Assembly (NCBI RefSeq): GCF_964355755.1
Contig: NC_092672.1
Coordinates: 12,586,001 to 12,650,000 of the forward strand
DNA: 64,000 bases
From: Antedon mediterranea
Lineage: Eukaryota; Animalia; Echinodermata
Direction: 5' to 3'
The notes below the pieces were generated by a model. It had not been told where the DNA came from. It worked only from the letters and a program-made list of their open reading frames with translations, and made no database searches. Positions 37,201 through 49,041 of this stretch are shown piece after piece. Position numbers and translations under genes: made by a program. Within the stretch, counting starts at the first letter, position 1; the number at the start of each line of letters is the position of its first letter.

Positions 37201-37329
37201 GAATACTCGGTCGATGATGTTAATATGTTTATTTGTCATGTTTCTAAACAATAATAAATACAATTTTCTTTGAACTATTTAAAATATTATACGTTTGTTG
37301 GATGTAAAATATAAAGCTTACTTCTCCAT
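15691..37329 (-). CDS. ROCO-family protein: ankyrin repeats - Roc GTPase - COR - Cys/His module - tandem DED-like domains (24 coding exons, 1236 aa; copy A)
   Basis: Manual splicing, all GT-AG with matching phases: 37329-37322, 37163-37070, 33939-33835, 33144-33040, 32583-32479, 28837-28730, 26645-26561, 26343-26187, 25886-25783, 23637-23467, 23290-23138, 22684-22511, 22123-21918, 21548-21462, 21348-21154, 20896-20651, 19997-19803, 19660-19499, 19389-19087, 18621-18541, 18444-18240, 17962-17906, 17777-17718, 16235-15691. Total 3711 nt with no internal stop. Motifs: GNTPLH (ANK), GKEGAGKTS (P-loop), STDGI (switch I), WDYAGQLDYYITHRFFLT (Roc G3), PPICLVATHMD (G4), VPLKW and YLNDIGVI (COR). The small linker exons and the start codon are less certain. 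Confidence 0.88.
16399..17577 (+). mobile_element. Degenerate non-LTR retrotransposon RT (Rex1/Babar-like), antisense in the last ROCO intron
   Basis: WKTSVISPLPK..DFRPIAITS, YVDFSRAYNTV, GIPQGCVI, KYADDT, YKYLGCIIDHKLNW; several frameshifts. Confidence 0.88.
18240..20896 (-). CDS. Exons encoding the end of Roc, the COR domain and the following Cys/His module
   Basis: VDNT..VPLKWVDLQ; AIAYLNDIGVIMY..LRNTVITN; GILEEKLLRHLW..MKTFGLL; FLVPSRM..FLPNAVYNTLVV are typical COR blocks. The last exon has CIACHTAEHIHLHDLEKC...C. Confidence 0.82.
21154..26343 (-). CDS. Exons encoding the Roc GTPase domain of ROCO copy A
   Basis: IPVEILARG...MFLGKEGAGKTS (26343-26187); FKSNEPSTDGI (25886-25783); IWDYAGQLDYYITHR (22123-21918); FFLTNRVSYCVAFN (21548-21462); FWIRSIY...PPICLVATHMD (21348-21154). 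Confidence 0.9.
23766..25527 (+). mobile_element. Non-autonomous Helitron with both termini, containing a nested LINE fragment
   Basis: a|TCtatatataaatttacgtaagggc ... 13-bp stem ctagatggtacgc/gcgtaccatCTAG|t; no TSD. Confidence 0.85.
24841..25150 (-). mobile_element. 3' end of an L2/CR1-group LINE nested in the Helitron
   Basis: PYVPKRSLRS..YGNRSFS..LW.ALP.EIR..FKSLLKTH followed by a (TTA)n tail. Absent from the sister Helitron at ~27130. Confidence 0.8.
26693..27486 (+). mobile_element. Non-autonomous Helitron, internally deleted copy
   Basis: a|TCtatatatacatttacgtaaggg ... gcgagcgaagcgagtaaaCTAG|t; internal homology to 23766-25527. Confidence 0.82.
27622..27745 (+). mobile_element. Short 3' end of the same L2-like family
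   Basis: Reverse-complement match to 24841-24970, ending taccagttattattatt. Confidence 0.7.
28730..28837 (-). CDS. Ankyrin-repeat exon 4 (FGNTPLHVHVRFGSNGNIETVNSLIAHGASLKARNK)
   Basis: 108 bp phase 0-0 exon. The next exon, 26645-26561, begins RGKTPASLL (C-cap). Confidence 0.9.
29780..32324 (+). mobile_element. Non-autonomous Helitron (2.5 kb, with internal duplications) in an ankyrin-cassette intron
   Basis: TC...hairpin-CTAG termini. The flanks rejoin to ttaata|tattttaaatt, matching the uninterrupted sister introns at ~32860 and ~33655. Confidence 0.88.
32479..32583 (-). CDS. Ankyrin-repeat exon 3 (YGRTPLHKHVSFADSNVEILNSIIAHGASVTATDN)
   Basis: 105 bp phase 0-0 exon, cag/gtaaat. Confidence 0.9.
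33040..33144 (-). CDS. Ankyrin-repeat exon 2 (YGNTPLHEHVRSGGGNVEIVNSLIAHGASITATDK)
   Basis: 105 bp phase 0-0 exon, cag/gtaaat. Confidence 0.9.
33835..33939 (-). CDS. Ankyrin-repeat exon 1 (NGNTPLHRHVWSGQGNVEIVNSLIAHGASITATNN)
   Basis: 105 bp phase 0-0 exon with the GxTPLH...GNVEIV..LI.HGA ankyrin consensus. Confidence 0.9.
34445..34527 (-). pseudogene. Degenerate ankyrin pseudo-exon
   Basis: 83 bp between tag and gtaat. Reads LNEHVVR in one frame and KSLIANG in another (compare LHEHVR...NSLIAHG). The copy-B counterpart (about 637-1171) is split by two insertions. Confidence 0.5.
37070..37163 (-). CDS. ROCO copy A coding exon 2, ankyrin N-cap (KNVFLTTVKYGELKEIEKICKTYPHLVNSVDE)
   Basis: Poly-T + CAG acceptor and GAG|gtatag donor. 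In phase with the upstream ATG GAG AA|gtaag (37329-37322). A paralogous exon is at 3204-3297. Confidence 0.8.
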
Positions 37330-38892
37330 TTAAAAAACGCAGTCCCCCACAGTTTGAAGATATAACTTATTCATCCATTAAATAAATGCACTCTGTAGTT
37401 GCCAATCATTCAGTGGTTGCTGAAAAATGAAACATAAACTTTAAGCATAATTTATTTTTATTATTTTATTTTATCTTCATTTTTCAATATTTCAATATTT
37501 TGCAATACTTGAAGTTCTTCTTCTAATATTTCATATCAAATTGAAAAATGAAGAGTAAACAAAAATAAAATATATTTGTATATTTTAGGCCTAATTGAAA
37601 TTTATTCGAGTAGGGCAACCATAAACGGCTTTGTTCTAATATATCATTTACAATTTTAGTATTTTTGTCAAAGCATTGTACCAATCATTTAATAAAAACA
37701 TGTTAGGATTTATATACATTTTTCAAGTTTGTATTTTAACATAAATTATATAATTCTCGGTTGGAGCTAATACCAAAGGTAAGAAACATATCATCTCTTC
37801 TCGCCTTAAGTGAAGTAAGACACTGCCTTGGTCCTGCCAGACCCCAAAATAAAAGTTCGACTATAAACCCAATTACATTGTAATTAATTACAAATGACCT
37901 TAAAGATCTATACATATACACTGCTTTGGTTCTTCCGACAACCACACTCCAACAGATAGACATCCCCTACAAATTGCTGATAGAATGATCTATCACATTG
38001 TAAGGAATATAAAATGAGCTATTACTAACTACCTACTTTGCATATTACTGCCTTAGTTCTATCATCCCCATCTGAATATAGGGTACAATATCTCATCTGA
38101 GCTATCTTTTGGTACCAGAATATAAATACCAATATTCCCGCAAGAAATAAAAACAAATGTAATTGAATAAAGTTTATGTATATCAGTACATTCATCTATT
38201 TGCAAATTAGAGTCATTAAAATGATCATAAACAAAAATAGATTAAAACCATTATAAAGGGAATTAACTTGTTTAACGGTTTCTTAGTATAAGCTAATAAT
38301 AAAATCTCAGTTTCCAACGTATAATGAGGTTGGAATCCCAACCTGACCAAACTCAATTTTACTGAAAATAACTTTAAAATAATAGTTTTGTTTAGGTTCA
38401 GTATATATATATTTATATTAAACCGATGGCAACCATAAAATCGGTATATGAGAGAAATATGAGTTATTCTGTAAATTTACACGATTAAATGGTTTACCTA
38501 AAAACAGTATATTTTTACATTTAAAGTTTACTGTCCTAGATATTGCTCAGAACTTGTATCATCTTTACTGTTTTCGGCCACAGATACATCTTCAAAAAGG
38601 TTGTCTGAATGCCTATTTAGGAAACCAGTCAGACATATATGCGAATTAGAAAGCTGTATTTTACAGTATTGAAACAACTAGTATTTACTAGTACTTTACT
38701 TTTTTATTTTCAAATAGTAAACAGTATACAGAATAATTATATATAGTAGAAACTCACACACGTCACTGCATTAAGTAAATGCAGTGTACTATACATTATG
38801 TATTCATATGTGCGTAATCCTAACATTGGTAGCCGGTGGCATATACAATACTGTATCGAAGGTAGGCTCCATGGGTCCAGGGGGCAATTGTT

Positions 38893-39348
38893 TTTTCGTA
38901 CATAAGTTGGGGACCCCACGTGAAAGATAGCCGAACTACTTCCTAAATATAACTAAACCTAACCCTCTAAATAATCTCTCTCACTATTTATTTATTTATT
39001 TATTTGGAATTACACCTTTAGATCGGTGGCACACTTAGCACAAAGGTGCATCCTTCACAATAACAATATAAAATATAACAATTAACAGAAAAGTAAAAAG
39101 GCAAAAGTAACTATCAACCCCTATACAATAAAGTAAAACAAATAGCTCATGGGAGTCGAACCCCATACATCGGCATGTAAAGTCCATAGTGTTATCCACT
39201 CGACTACACAGACGGCTCGACAGAAATCGTTTGCATTAGCGAATTGTAGTTAGCTTAATTCTTACGTCACACCTTATGGATATGACTAATGAATATTCAT
39301 GTTTATTTTGTAACGTTTCACGAGGGGTCCCCAACTTATGTACGAAAA
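38893..39348. mobile_element. MITE-like element with 25-bp perfect inverted repeats and an internal tRNA-like segment
   Basis: ttttcgtacataagttggggacccc (38893-38917) / ggggtccccaacttatgtacgaaaa (39324-39348). A second copy is at about 57092-57404. Confidence 0.78.
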
Positions 39349-42300
39349 GAAATATCGCGTCCGGGGGATTGTAATCCAAATTTAGCGGGGTCTTTGGTAT
39401 TCCAATGTGCTACATCATATGGTTTCTGATGCTATCTACAATATAATAGCTTAGTTGGGAGAAAGGGGGTCTCTGTAGTCAAATTTTAGAGCGTCTAGTA
39501 CTTGCGGTGCCGTCGACAATTAGTCTGTTGTTACCCATTTAGTACTGTATGAACTCAACTTATTTATTTTACATTAATTGTGAGTGGTATCTCACTCATA
39601 TATGCTGCCCATTCTTTAGATCCTCCTTAGGAGATCTGGCGGGCTTTTTGCAAGAGATAAAATATCTGTCATTTGTGAATTTGGTAGGAGAATGTCATAG
39701 TATATAGTGATGAGATTACAGTAGGTGGTATCTAACTGGTACCGATTTGGGGTCCCCTACGTCTATACGCAGCAGGGGGATACCCGACAGGGCATAGGGA
39801 AATACGTAATAAAAAAAAATACATATACAAACAAAAAAGTTAATTGTCTACAATTTATTTTACAAATTTGCGCATAGCAAGATACGATACCTACCCAACC
39901 ATGTAGCATAGCATTAGCAATAAAATAAATGTAGCGATTCAATATTAATTTAATAACAATAGCAATTTTAAGCTATGGAATATTTAGATTATTTTTTATA
40001 CCAAAATAATAATATTTGGAAATTTGATTTCGTATTATTTACATAATAAGTAGTGTTTACTTATTTACTACATAAAAAACTTGGTCGGAGATTTTTTGAC
40101 GGTTTTCCCCCTCTAAATCTCATTTCTTTATGTCTCAAGTTAATATGCATTTGAACCATTTTATTAGATTGTCATAATCTTTTTCCATTTTATTTATTTT
40201 ATTTAGTTTTATTATTTATGTTTTATTTGTTTTTGTAATTAGCTATCGTTCTAAACGGTAGTATCCTAAATGTATGCATAAATAAATCAAGACGATTCAT
40301 ACACATTATATTTCTGTTATATTTTTGGATCTTATGAATGTATAGCCTGATAAGGCAACAGCCGGTGCCAGACACTAGTATTATATACGGACGGTGGCGG
40401 TATTATTATTCACGAAAAGCGTGGCACAAGCTTCGACATGATAGCAAACTTAATTGTTGTATTGTATAAACTTGGATGTTAGAATATGTTCCATTGTTTC
40501 CAACTGATCGAAACGTGTATTTATTAATAAACCCATGATCGGTTATTTGATAAAAATGTTATATTTGTGAAGGTCCCTTCCCGAATTCATTAAATGTCAA
40601 GACAAGAAATCGGTTAGAACCATGTTGCAATAAGTAGAATTCGTTTCTTCTTCGACTTAATTTAATTCAATATTTGGATTCAATTCTCTCGATATGTCAT
40701 TCCCGGAGTGACAATTCTATTTTACTACATATCAACATCATGCCTGTATCTGTCATTCCATGTGGACGATATGTATCTAGCTAACAACATTTATTTTCAA
40801 AGTTGTGAGTACATCTATGGGCAATTATAAAAGTTATTTTTAATTTCTTAAACATTTCAAAACATTTAGGGCAGCCTAAGAATTGGGCGATGATGTAATA
40901 AACCCCAGTTATTAATATGTTGCTAATCTATAGTAGATAATATGTTATGTTAACTGTTTATTGTAATTCATCATTACATTTTCAAAACAGTAATTATAAA
41001 TCACAAATTGTCGGTAACTAAATTATATAACCAACCGTACCAATTGCTATTGTTAATAGACTATGTCATTTCCAATCAATTGTATTTGTTTTTAGAAACA
41101 ATTTAAATATTATAATTTAACTCTAAACTATAACGAATATCCTGTGGGATAATTTAAAGTTCATCGACTGTAAAATTGAATATATTGTGATTTATTTATC
41201 ATTATAAAATTGTTTATAAAATATATTGATTTAGTGTTTTGAGAAATGTTTTCGTCTAACGAATCTGTAAAAATTACACGGTCCGCTAAGAGACCATTTA
41301 GGCTTACCAATCTATAATAGAAAATGTAATTTTTATTTTACTGTCCGTTATCTGTTTATGAGAAGTTTCACCGATTATGCCTACTTGGCTAAGTAATACA
41401 TTGTTTTGCTCTATTTTGAATTTAGTAGGCCTATAACATTATGTTCAAAACAGGTGGAAATTCATTTAGTAATGTTCCAATATATTTTATAAACATTTAA
41501 ATTACGTTTATTCATTCTTTCAAAACGTAATATTTAATGTATTGATGTATTTGTCATCTATGCATCCTGTCTTTATCTGCTTACAAAGGAATGCAAAATG
41601 GCTAGCGTATTCCTAATTTAGGTCAACATTAAGACTTGTTATCATACATTTACAATAGAGTGTGTAATCTTACAGTCATCTCTCATGATTATATGTTTAC
41701 GGTAATACAGTATTTCAATAAAATAAATACTTACAATTCATATTATAAGTAAATATGATTATTCCTTATTTCAAATCCTTTATTTCTCCATAAGTTGCCA
41801 TGTATGTGTACGACTTGCACAGTATCAATAACATTGTTTGTGACTAGATTGGTACAGAGAATACCGAGTATGTGTTCGCTCAAAAATATAAAAGCGACTG
41901 GAAATGGCATGCTGAATAAACACAACAGGTAGTAGATCTGAATAACAATAATTCCATAATAGGGGTCGAATAACAATATTAGGTACCGAACTATATTGTA
42001 CTCTATGTATTGTTGATATTAAAAAGAAGTTTATCGAAGCAGAAAGAGGTAGGTCTACTATGAGACGAATAGCTAGAATTCCATTAAAACAGCCTTTGAT
42101 TTTTAATTCTTACTCAATTTCCTGATAGAAAGTACGTTATTATTAGCATTGGTAATAGAGTGCTTGGTTCATTTATTTTAATGGAGAAAATGATGCAAAG
42201 GTAACTTTTTAAAACAAGTTTGATAATATTATGAGTAGGCCTGATTTAAAGAACCTTTAGAATAATCATAATATATTGCTACTTTACAGTTGAGATAACT

Positions 42301-44502
42301 CAGTGTCAACAATCTAAGTTTTTTTCTACATAAAATATTGAATTTGGGATAATTATAAATTAAAATTAATCCATGTTTTCAGTAAAATGAAATTTGCGAA
42401 TAAGCAAATTTGTATAGAGAAATATGTTTGAGATTTAATAAATTAGAATGTTATAAAAATAAGCAATCAAGCATAAAGTACGACCTTAAGAGTATTTAAA
42501 TGGCTAATAAAACACTTTTACAATTGAATCAGTAATTAGTTATCTTGTAAACTAAGGTAGCCTATATGTATCCAATGTACCTCTCATTTTATTTACATTA
42601 AAGAAAAAACATGTTTTACTAATATTTGTTCTTGATCTGAGAACAAGTTAATAGGTCTAGTAACAAAATGTGTCCGTGGTCTTTAAACTCTACTCTTTAT
42701 TTATGCCCTAAAACACTCAATTAACATATGGGTCGTAACTGCATTACACTAGCATTCGCACTTTATAGAAACAGATCACAGATCAGCAAACAGGTATTTT
42801 GTGCCAATACAAAAGGCAGCAAAACAAGTAATATAGGTGAAATCTCAGTGAATTGAAACACACTATTACTGTGGAATATATTAATTTCAACTCAATGGGT
42901 TTAACAAATGACTAAGCTGATATTGTAAAGACCAAACATATACAGGAAAAGAAACACAATTGTTTTTTATAGGTATATTGTTAAATAAGCAACGTTAAAT
43001 TAAATGTTTGATACATTTTTATAAGAACATCTATGAAAAACAAAACAAAACAATTACTGTGTGTCGGGCGTTAATGTACTATATTCGATTATCATACGTT
43101 TTATGTGTCAGGTGGTTAAAATAAGAAATTGACATTTAGTTTAGGTTCAAGTTAGTTAAAACTAACAAAAAAGTAATCTTCTCATTGCTGGCCCACCTGG
43201 TACTATCGGATATAAACACATTTTGTTGAACAGCTTAAACCCCTACAGCTTTAATAGGTCAAATATTTTAATACAATTATTGCTTCCGGTTTTACACACC
43301 TCTATAATAATTCAGCTATCAATTTCTCTTTGTTTTTCTTTTAGTCTCAAATTTATGGAGTCCTAAAACAACGGTTTTCTTTTTTAGCATATTTCATAAT
43401 ACAGCAAAATACTTATTTAATGTTTCACTGTGATTCAAGAAAGTGCAAAACTGAAACAAGTAGAATATTAATTTCAATATATCATATTACATTTGCTCCA
43501 TCTCGGATAATAATCTTGTTAAAAATGGAAACTCAAAATGCAAAACATATTTCTATTGAGCTTAATTGCAAATTTAATTTCAGAAACAGGTTTTTGACGA
43601 AACAATCGTATCCATCCAAGCATCTTTCATCAATTCGTAATTAATTTTTCATTAATTTTTCCGTTTCATATTTGAAAGGTCTTTTTTATTGATTTCCAAT
43701 TATTTAATTAAGACTAATGTTCTTTCAGATATATACTTGTTCCTGATGCTCGACATATATATATTTTGAGGTCCGGTGTACAACATTGCTTTAAATAGTA
43801 TGCATTATTATTATTAGTAGGCCTATAGTATTACATTATATGAATCCTTTTGATTTGTCTTTCCTTTTTGTCATGTTTTTATATATTTTATTATATATAT
43901 ATAATATATATATATATATATTCTATGGCTTGTATAGACAATTATCGCAATGTGTAATATTAGTTTAATAGGATAGATATTTAATAGAATAATAGTTTGA
44001 CTTCATTTTAAATCAACATTAGATCAATTGAAGAGAAAGAATACTGTAGACTAATCAATACCATTTCTGTATGTGTTATTATTGCGCACATATTGACAAG
44101 TTACTGACGATTTATACCCAATTTAACACTATTCTATTCAACTGTGAATAATGGCCATCACAATTATTTAAATTGGCTGTGTTGTTTAATTTTATTTTTC
44201 AAATAAAAAACAATTGTACTTCAAAATGATTCTTCCTTTTTGTAAAAAACATACCATAATTTTTTTTAACATAAACATTATGTGTATATAAATTGAACAT
44301 ACTTTCTAGACTACTTTTGGTTAGGCCTACATTGTTTTATAAACAATTGCTAAGGCTTAATGAATAGTTGGCCATAAACCTACTAGATGTGAGTTATCGT
44401 AAAGTTAATCAATTGCAATAACTGTACACTGTAGTCACGAGTCAGAGAAAAGATGTTAGATGGAAATGGTCCGTTAAATGGTTAAAGTTATTCTGCTCTA
44501 CA

Positions 44503-45810
44503 ATGTATACATGTAGCAATTTACTAGTATTCATATTTCTCATTTTTAAAACGTGTGTTGCACTACAATTTCTTCTAGAACCAGTAGACACGGATGCAGT
44601 GGAAAACGAAGAAGGATTTTTCTTTTGCATTGTTCGGGATCTTTTAGACGACCAGGAATTAGGATGGTTCCAAGGACCTGTACGATTGAGTAACAACACC
44701 CAGGTATTGGTAGATAACAATCGATACAATTTTGATTATGATGAAGATTTTGGGCAATATCGATTAGTCATCAATTCTGTTTCTCGTCAAGATGGGATGT
44801 CAACATTTTCATGTCGAATCATTCAAAATGGCGTCGTCGTCTTGCAATCAAGAGAAGCTAAGCTTCGCGTAAGTGAAATACCAAACAGATTATATCCGAT
44901 ATGTCTTCCATTAAGATCAAGATACAAAGTTGGTGACAGAGTTGTTGTTTCTTGTAAATCTGAAGTAACTACGCCTGCCGTAAGTCTAACTGTTAGTAGT
45001 GCTGATAGCGCTGTTGGTCAATCGTTACAGTATGATTACTCTGAACATAAGTATGTTTATCTTAGATATTCATTTTCAGCACAGGCTAAAAACAACGGAG
45101 ATGTATTTACATGTTCAATGACGTCTCCATCGATGAAGGAAGTACGTACATGTAACACATCGCCTTTAAATGTATACTTTAAACCAAACGTAACTATCCA
45201 AGGTCCAAAGCAAATTGACTACGAGAGAGAAGAAATATTTATATGTTATAGCAATTCTAATCCCCAGGCTTTTAGATATCATTGGCGATTTGAGCCACCG
45301 ATACACCCGAACCGTTACAAAACTTTGGATAATATATTACAATTAGTAGAATCAAACCAAGACTTAATTGGCAGTGTTGTTGTTTGCGTTGCTGAAAATG
45401 CAATTGGGAACGGAACTTGTGAGTTCATGCTAAATGGCGCTGAGGAAAGCACCGCAGAAACGCACCTGCTTTCTACAACATCAGGTAGAGAATCAATTTA
45501 TTTTACTGAGCAGCCGCAGATATGGTGGGACAGTAATCGAAACAACGTATTGATTTCTCTTGGTGCAATTACAGTGTTTCTAATTGCTGCTTTTATACCG
45601 TTATGCATAATAAAATGTTATACTATGGAGAGAAAAAATCCTTCTTATTACAAAACATCCATGACAGATTACACCGAGTCAGCCAATCAACTTTCGCAGG
45701 CGTTACCGCTTTCCGGACAAGTTGCAACATGGAACAGATCTGTAGGCGTTCAGGTTAGGACTACCAGAGGAAGAGGTCAATCTGAAAGTCCAGCACATAG
45801 ATATGTTTAA
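44503..45810 (+). CDS. Single-exon type I membrane Ig-superfamily protein, 3 Ig domains (CADM/nectin/Kirrel-like), 435 aa
   Basis: Signal peptide; Ig Cys pairs FFC..W..FSC, VSC..FTC, FIC..W..VVC(VAENAIG); TM VLISLGAITVFLIAAFIPLCII; cytoplasmic tail ending RYV. Confidence 0.92.
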   Translation: MYTCSNLLVFIFLIFKTCVALQFLLEPVDTDAVENEEGFFFCIVRDLLDDQELGWFQGPVRLSNNTQVLVDNNRYNFDYDEDFGQYRLVINSVSRQDGMSTFSCRIIQNGVVVLQSREAKLRVSEIPNRLYPICLPLRSRYKVGDRVVVSCKSEVTTPAVSLTVSSADSAVGQSLQYDYSEHKYVYLRYSFSAQAKNNGDVFTCSMTSPSMKEVRTCNTSPLNVYFKPNVTIQGPKQIDYEREEIFICYSNSNPQAFRYHWRFEPPIHPNRYKTLDNILQLVESNQDLIGSVVVCVAENAIGNGTCEFMLNGAEESTAETHLLSTTSGRESIYFTEQPQIWWDSNRNNVLISLGAITVFLIAAFIPLCIIKCYTMERKNPSYYKTSMTDYTESANQLSQALPLSGQVATWNRSVGVQVRTTRGRGQSESPAHRYV

Positions 45811-47582
45811 TTTGTGTTATCACTGTGTAATGTGTCAATTATTTCGCATAATAGCAAGATACGTTTTTATATCGCGATATTCACTTACATTGCTGATGAA
45901 CAAATCCAGCACGGCCTAACTGCACAGCAGAGTTATTGGTTTGCATGCAAAATGGATTGGGAATATTTGTGTCAACATTAATTCAGTTATAACAATTTTA
46001 GTAGGCCTATATTCTACATAAAAGTAATGCATTCACGCAAAGTTCAATCCAAACGAATGACATGTTAGAATGTCCCAGTATAGAATTCAATATTCGTTTA
46101 ATATTGTAAGAGAATAAACATAGCTGGTACCTGTGCGGATAAAATGAAATTTATATTGTAATTAGGCCTATCGATCATTTAGAAAGAAAACAGTGAAATT
46201 TCAATTATTGATATATAGACAAGGCAGAGTAATTTACCCATGACTAAATAGGATCAATAGCTACATTGATAATGCAATACACCTAGGTTTATAAATTCCC
46301 TTGAAGACAAAATGATTGAGGTTTAACATGTCTGTAGTGCTTACAATAAGATTGTATAATACTTTTGTTTGATATACAAAACAAGCTGTCTTTATGTCTT
46401 GATTCAATGTAGGCATACTGATCAAAATAACAATTATGTTGATAATATACCTGCCAGACTGATATATAAATTCACACTGTATTACAGAACAGTATCGATA
46501 AACATGCACAACTATAAACTCATGCAACTAGCATTATTTCGACGACCATTTATATTGTATCATCCGCCTCCCATCAGCTAATCTGCTTATTCTATATTAT
46601 ACGAAGTGGTCTATATTTTCTCTAGGCTCGTTTTAGCTCAACTGCAACAACTCCAGTTGTATATGCATATTCAATTCAAGATTAGCCTAACAGTATCTAT
46701 CCTTAGATGAACTTCAACGTGTGGTTAAGTTATTATAACTGTTACGTTATGTTATTGAAAATAAAACCTAATCTGCCTTATCAGATCTATTACCTGATAA
46801 CACATTATACTAGTACTGCGCCCTCTTTTATTGTTTTTCACAACCACATCAAAAACAAGTCTTACCATAGAAACATTAGTATTATCACTATGGTATTATA
46901 TAATAAATAAGAAATAAATACAATATTTATTCGTTCTTTATAAAAGTTATATATATAGGCTATATATAAATGCTTTGATTATTTATTTTTATTAAATTTG
47001 TATTGTTGTTCTTATACATTTAATAGCGGAGATTTTGGATCCTTATATATTACACGAAACAAAACAAAAGTAGGATCTGTATAATACAGTATATCCATTT
47101 GCACATTTGTATTTCAATACCAGTTTTAACTATACTAAATTGACCTATGGCCTAGTAATGATATTCTGGTGAGTTAGGTTTGCGAATACACCGTGTGTTT
47201 CCAATAGAAAGAGTGCTTGAGAATGCATATACAACCAGCACGACCCCTATATCCTTCACCCCGATGTAAATTTCGAAATTTACATCACACATGTATTGTT
47301 ACGATACATGGTATTTAGTATCAAATGTTAGGAAGCGGAACATTTAATTTTGCATAGTACAGTTTCGTACTTCGCATAATCGTATGCCTTATAAGGCATA
47401 CAGGGTGTTTATGGGTTTAGAATCATAGGTCAGGAATGAGGTGGAGGTGGAGGGGGAGTGTGATAATTTAATATTTGTTGTCAAATAAGTTGTTCTACAC
47501 TACAAAAAAAATATTCCTTAAACAGACTAAAGCTAATATTAGTCTAGGAAAAATGTGGTTGAGTTATTAGTTGGACATTACT

Positions 47583-47689
47583 AAACAAGGCCATATACAT
47601 GGCTGCAGTCGCGTGCTCAAGTTAGTGTTTACCTACCGACCAACCGACCGACATAGTGAGCTATAGAATCGCGTTGCACGCGACTAAAA
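47583..47689 (-). mobile_element. Short DINE/HINE-like element
   Basis: Sub-terminal inverted agtcgcgtg/cacgcgact, GGTC repeats, 3' stem. Partial copies at 3655-3724, 9747-9806 and 58047-58142. Confidence 0.7.
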
Positions 47690-49041
47690 CATTGATTTAT
47701 TTTTTTAATTTAGAGACTGTGCAGTGTTTTATTGGTCAATTCAAGTTAAGAAAGGGTTTAATTGGAAATTGAAAATGGCTGTCTGTCTTTTCTCTATTTG
47801 TATTTCACTTCTATTCTTATAAAAACATTGTGGTAATTACATGTTTCTTTTTTAACATTAAAACACATTATTATTTTACGTTTTTTCGTTGCTCTACGGT
47901 AATTAAATGTCTTTCTGTGTCATTTATTCATTTAGGGTCTATATAATACCATGCTTTGTTCCAGCAGTGAACTTTAAGCTTTGTGATACAGTGTGAAATC
48001 AAATAATCCATACCCTAAGAAAGAATACAGATTTTTTTCAAACTTGTGCTAAATACCGTAATTACCATATGTATTTGTATTTAAATACCATATATATTCG
48101 CGTACCATACTCAACATGCAATTGAATGGATTATAATGAGGATCATGTCATTTAACGCAAGATTTATTATTTTAAATGCCCGTCACATTTTAATCCCGGG
48201 ATCCACTAATACTCTACCCTCTGGCTTTCACACTTAGTAGTCACAATACAAAACAAAACAGAATCATAATAAACGTAAAAGTTAACAGTACAACAAATAA
48301 TTAAAGTGACATGTGTAAAAAAAGACTCATTCACTTTGGGTTGAAATTATTGAAATAATTATGGTAATGTTCAGGTATATCATTGTGTTGTGTGGTGGGA
48401 ACACCAGAAAGATACGGTACAGTTTAACACATTAACGTAGTGAAACCAAACACGATATCTGTGAAGTTGAATCGAACACGGAATGGTTAGCACCTCAGAA
48501 TACAAGCTTAACAAAGGGAATTACCCTATTCCTGTTTGTTTTCATACTTCATGCATAATATTACCCCAGCTTTCATAGTCATAACATTAGAAGGTCAATA
48601 ACGTATCGTGCTAAACAAAAGAATATATTTGATCACACAATGAACAATAATTCTAAATCCTAGGCCAGCGTGAAATTCATTATTGTTACTTTGTTAATTT
48701 AAAACTCTTATAAGTTGGTTGTCAGCTGGTAAACAAATTTAATAAAATGTAGGTCTACATGGCAATATGTTTATGCTACCACAGCATAACTGTTTTAAAA
48801 CAGAATTTCAACACATTATCAATTTTACCTGTACACAACCTCGCAAAGGAAGTGACGTAAGTGCATTTTTTTACTGCATATTATGCAAACATCACGAAAT
48901 ATTTCCATGGCCATAATTATCTGCGCAGCTGAGAATCTATAATGATCCTTGTTTGAACGTTAACGCGAATATCATCAACATTTCATTATATTTTTGGAGA
49001 AGCAGTGAAGTCTAATAACATTTCAACGAAAATACATCAGT

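Noticed and set aside
37736-38110. Possible LINE remnant or upstream ROCO coding exon
   Set aside because: Only a faint resemblance (LTSLKARRDD), many stops, and no supportable assignment.
47263-47400. Short perfect palindromes (24 bp at 47263-47286, 18 bp at 47383-47400)
   Set aside because: No TSD, second copy or other context to support a function.
48848-48860. ETS-CRE-like motif GGAAGTGACGTAA upstream of the second Ig gene
   Set aside because: A single short motif that also reads as a splice donor (gtaagt); the transcription start is unknown.
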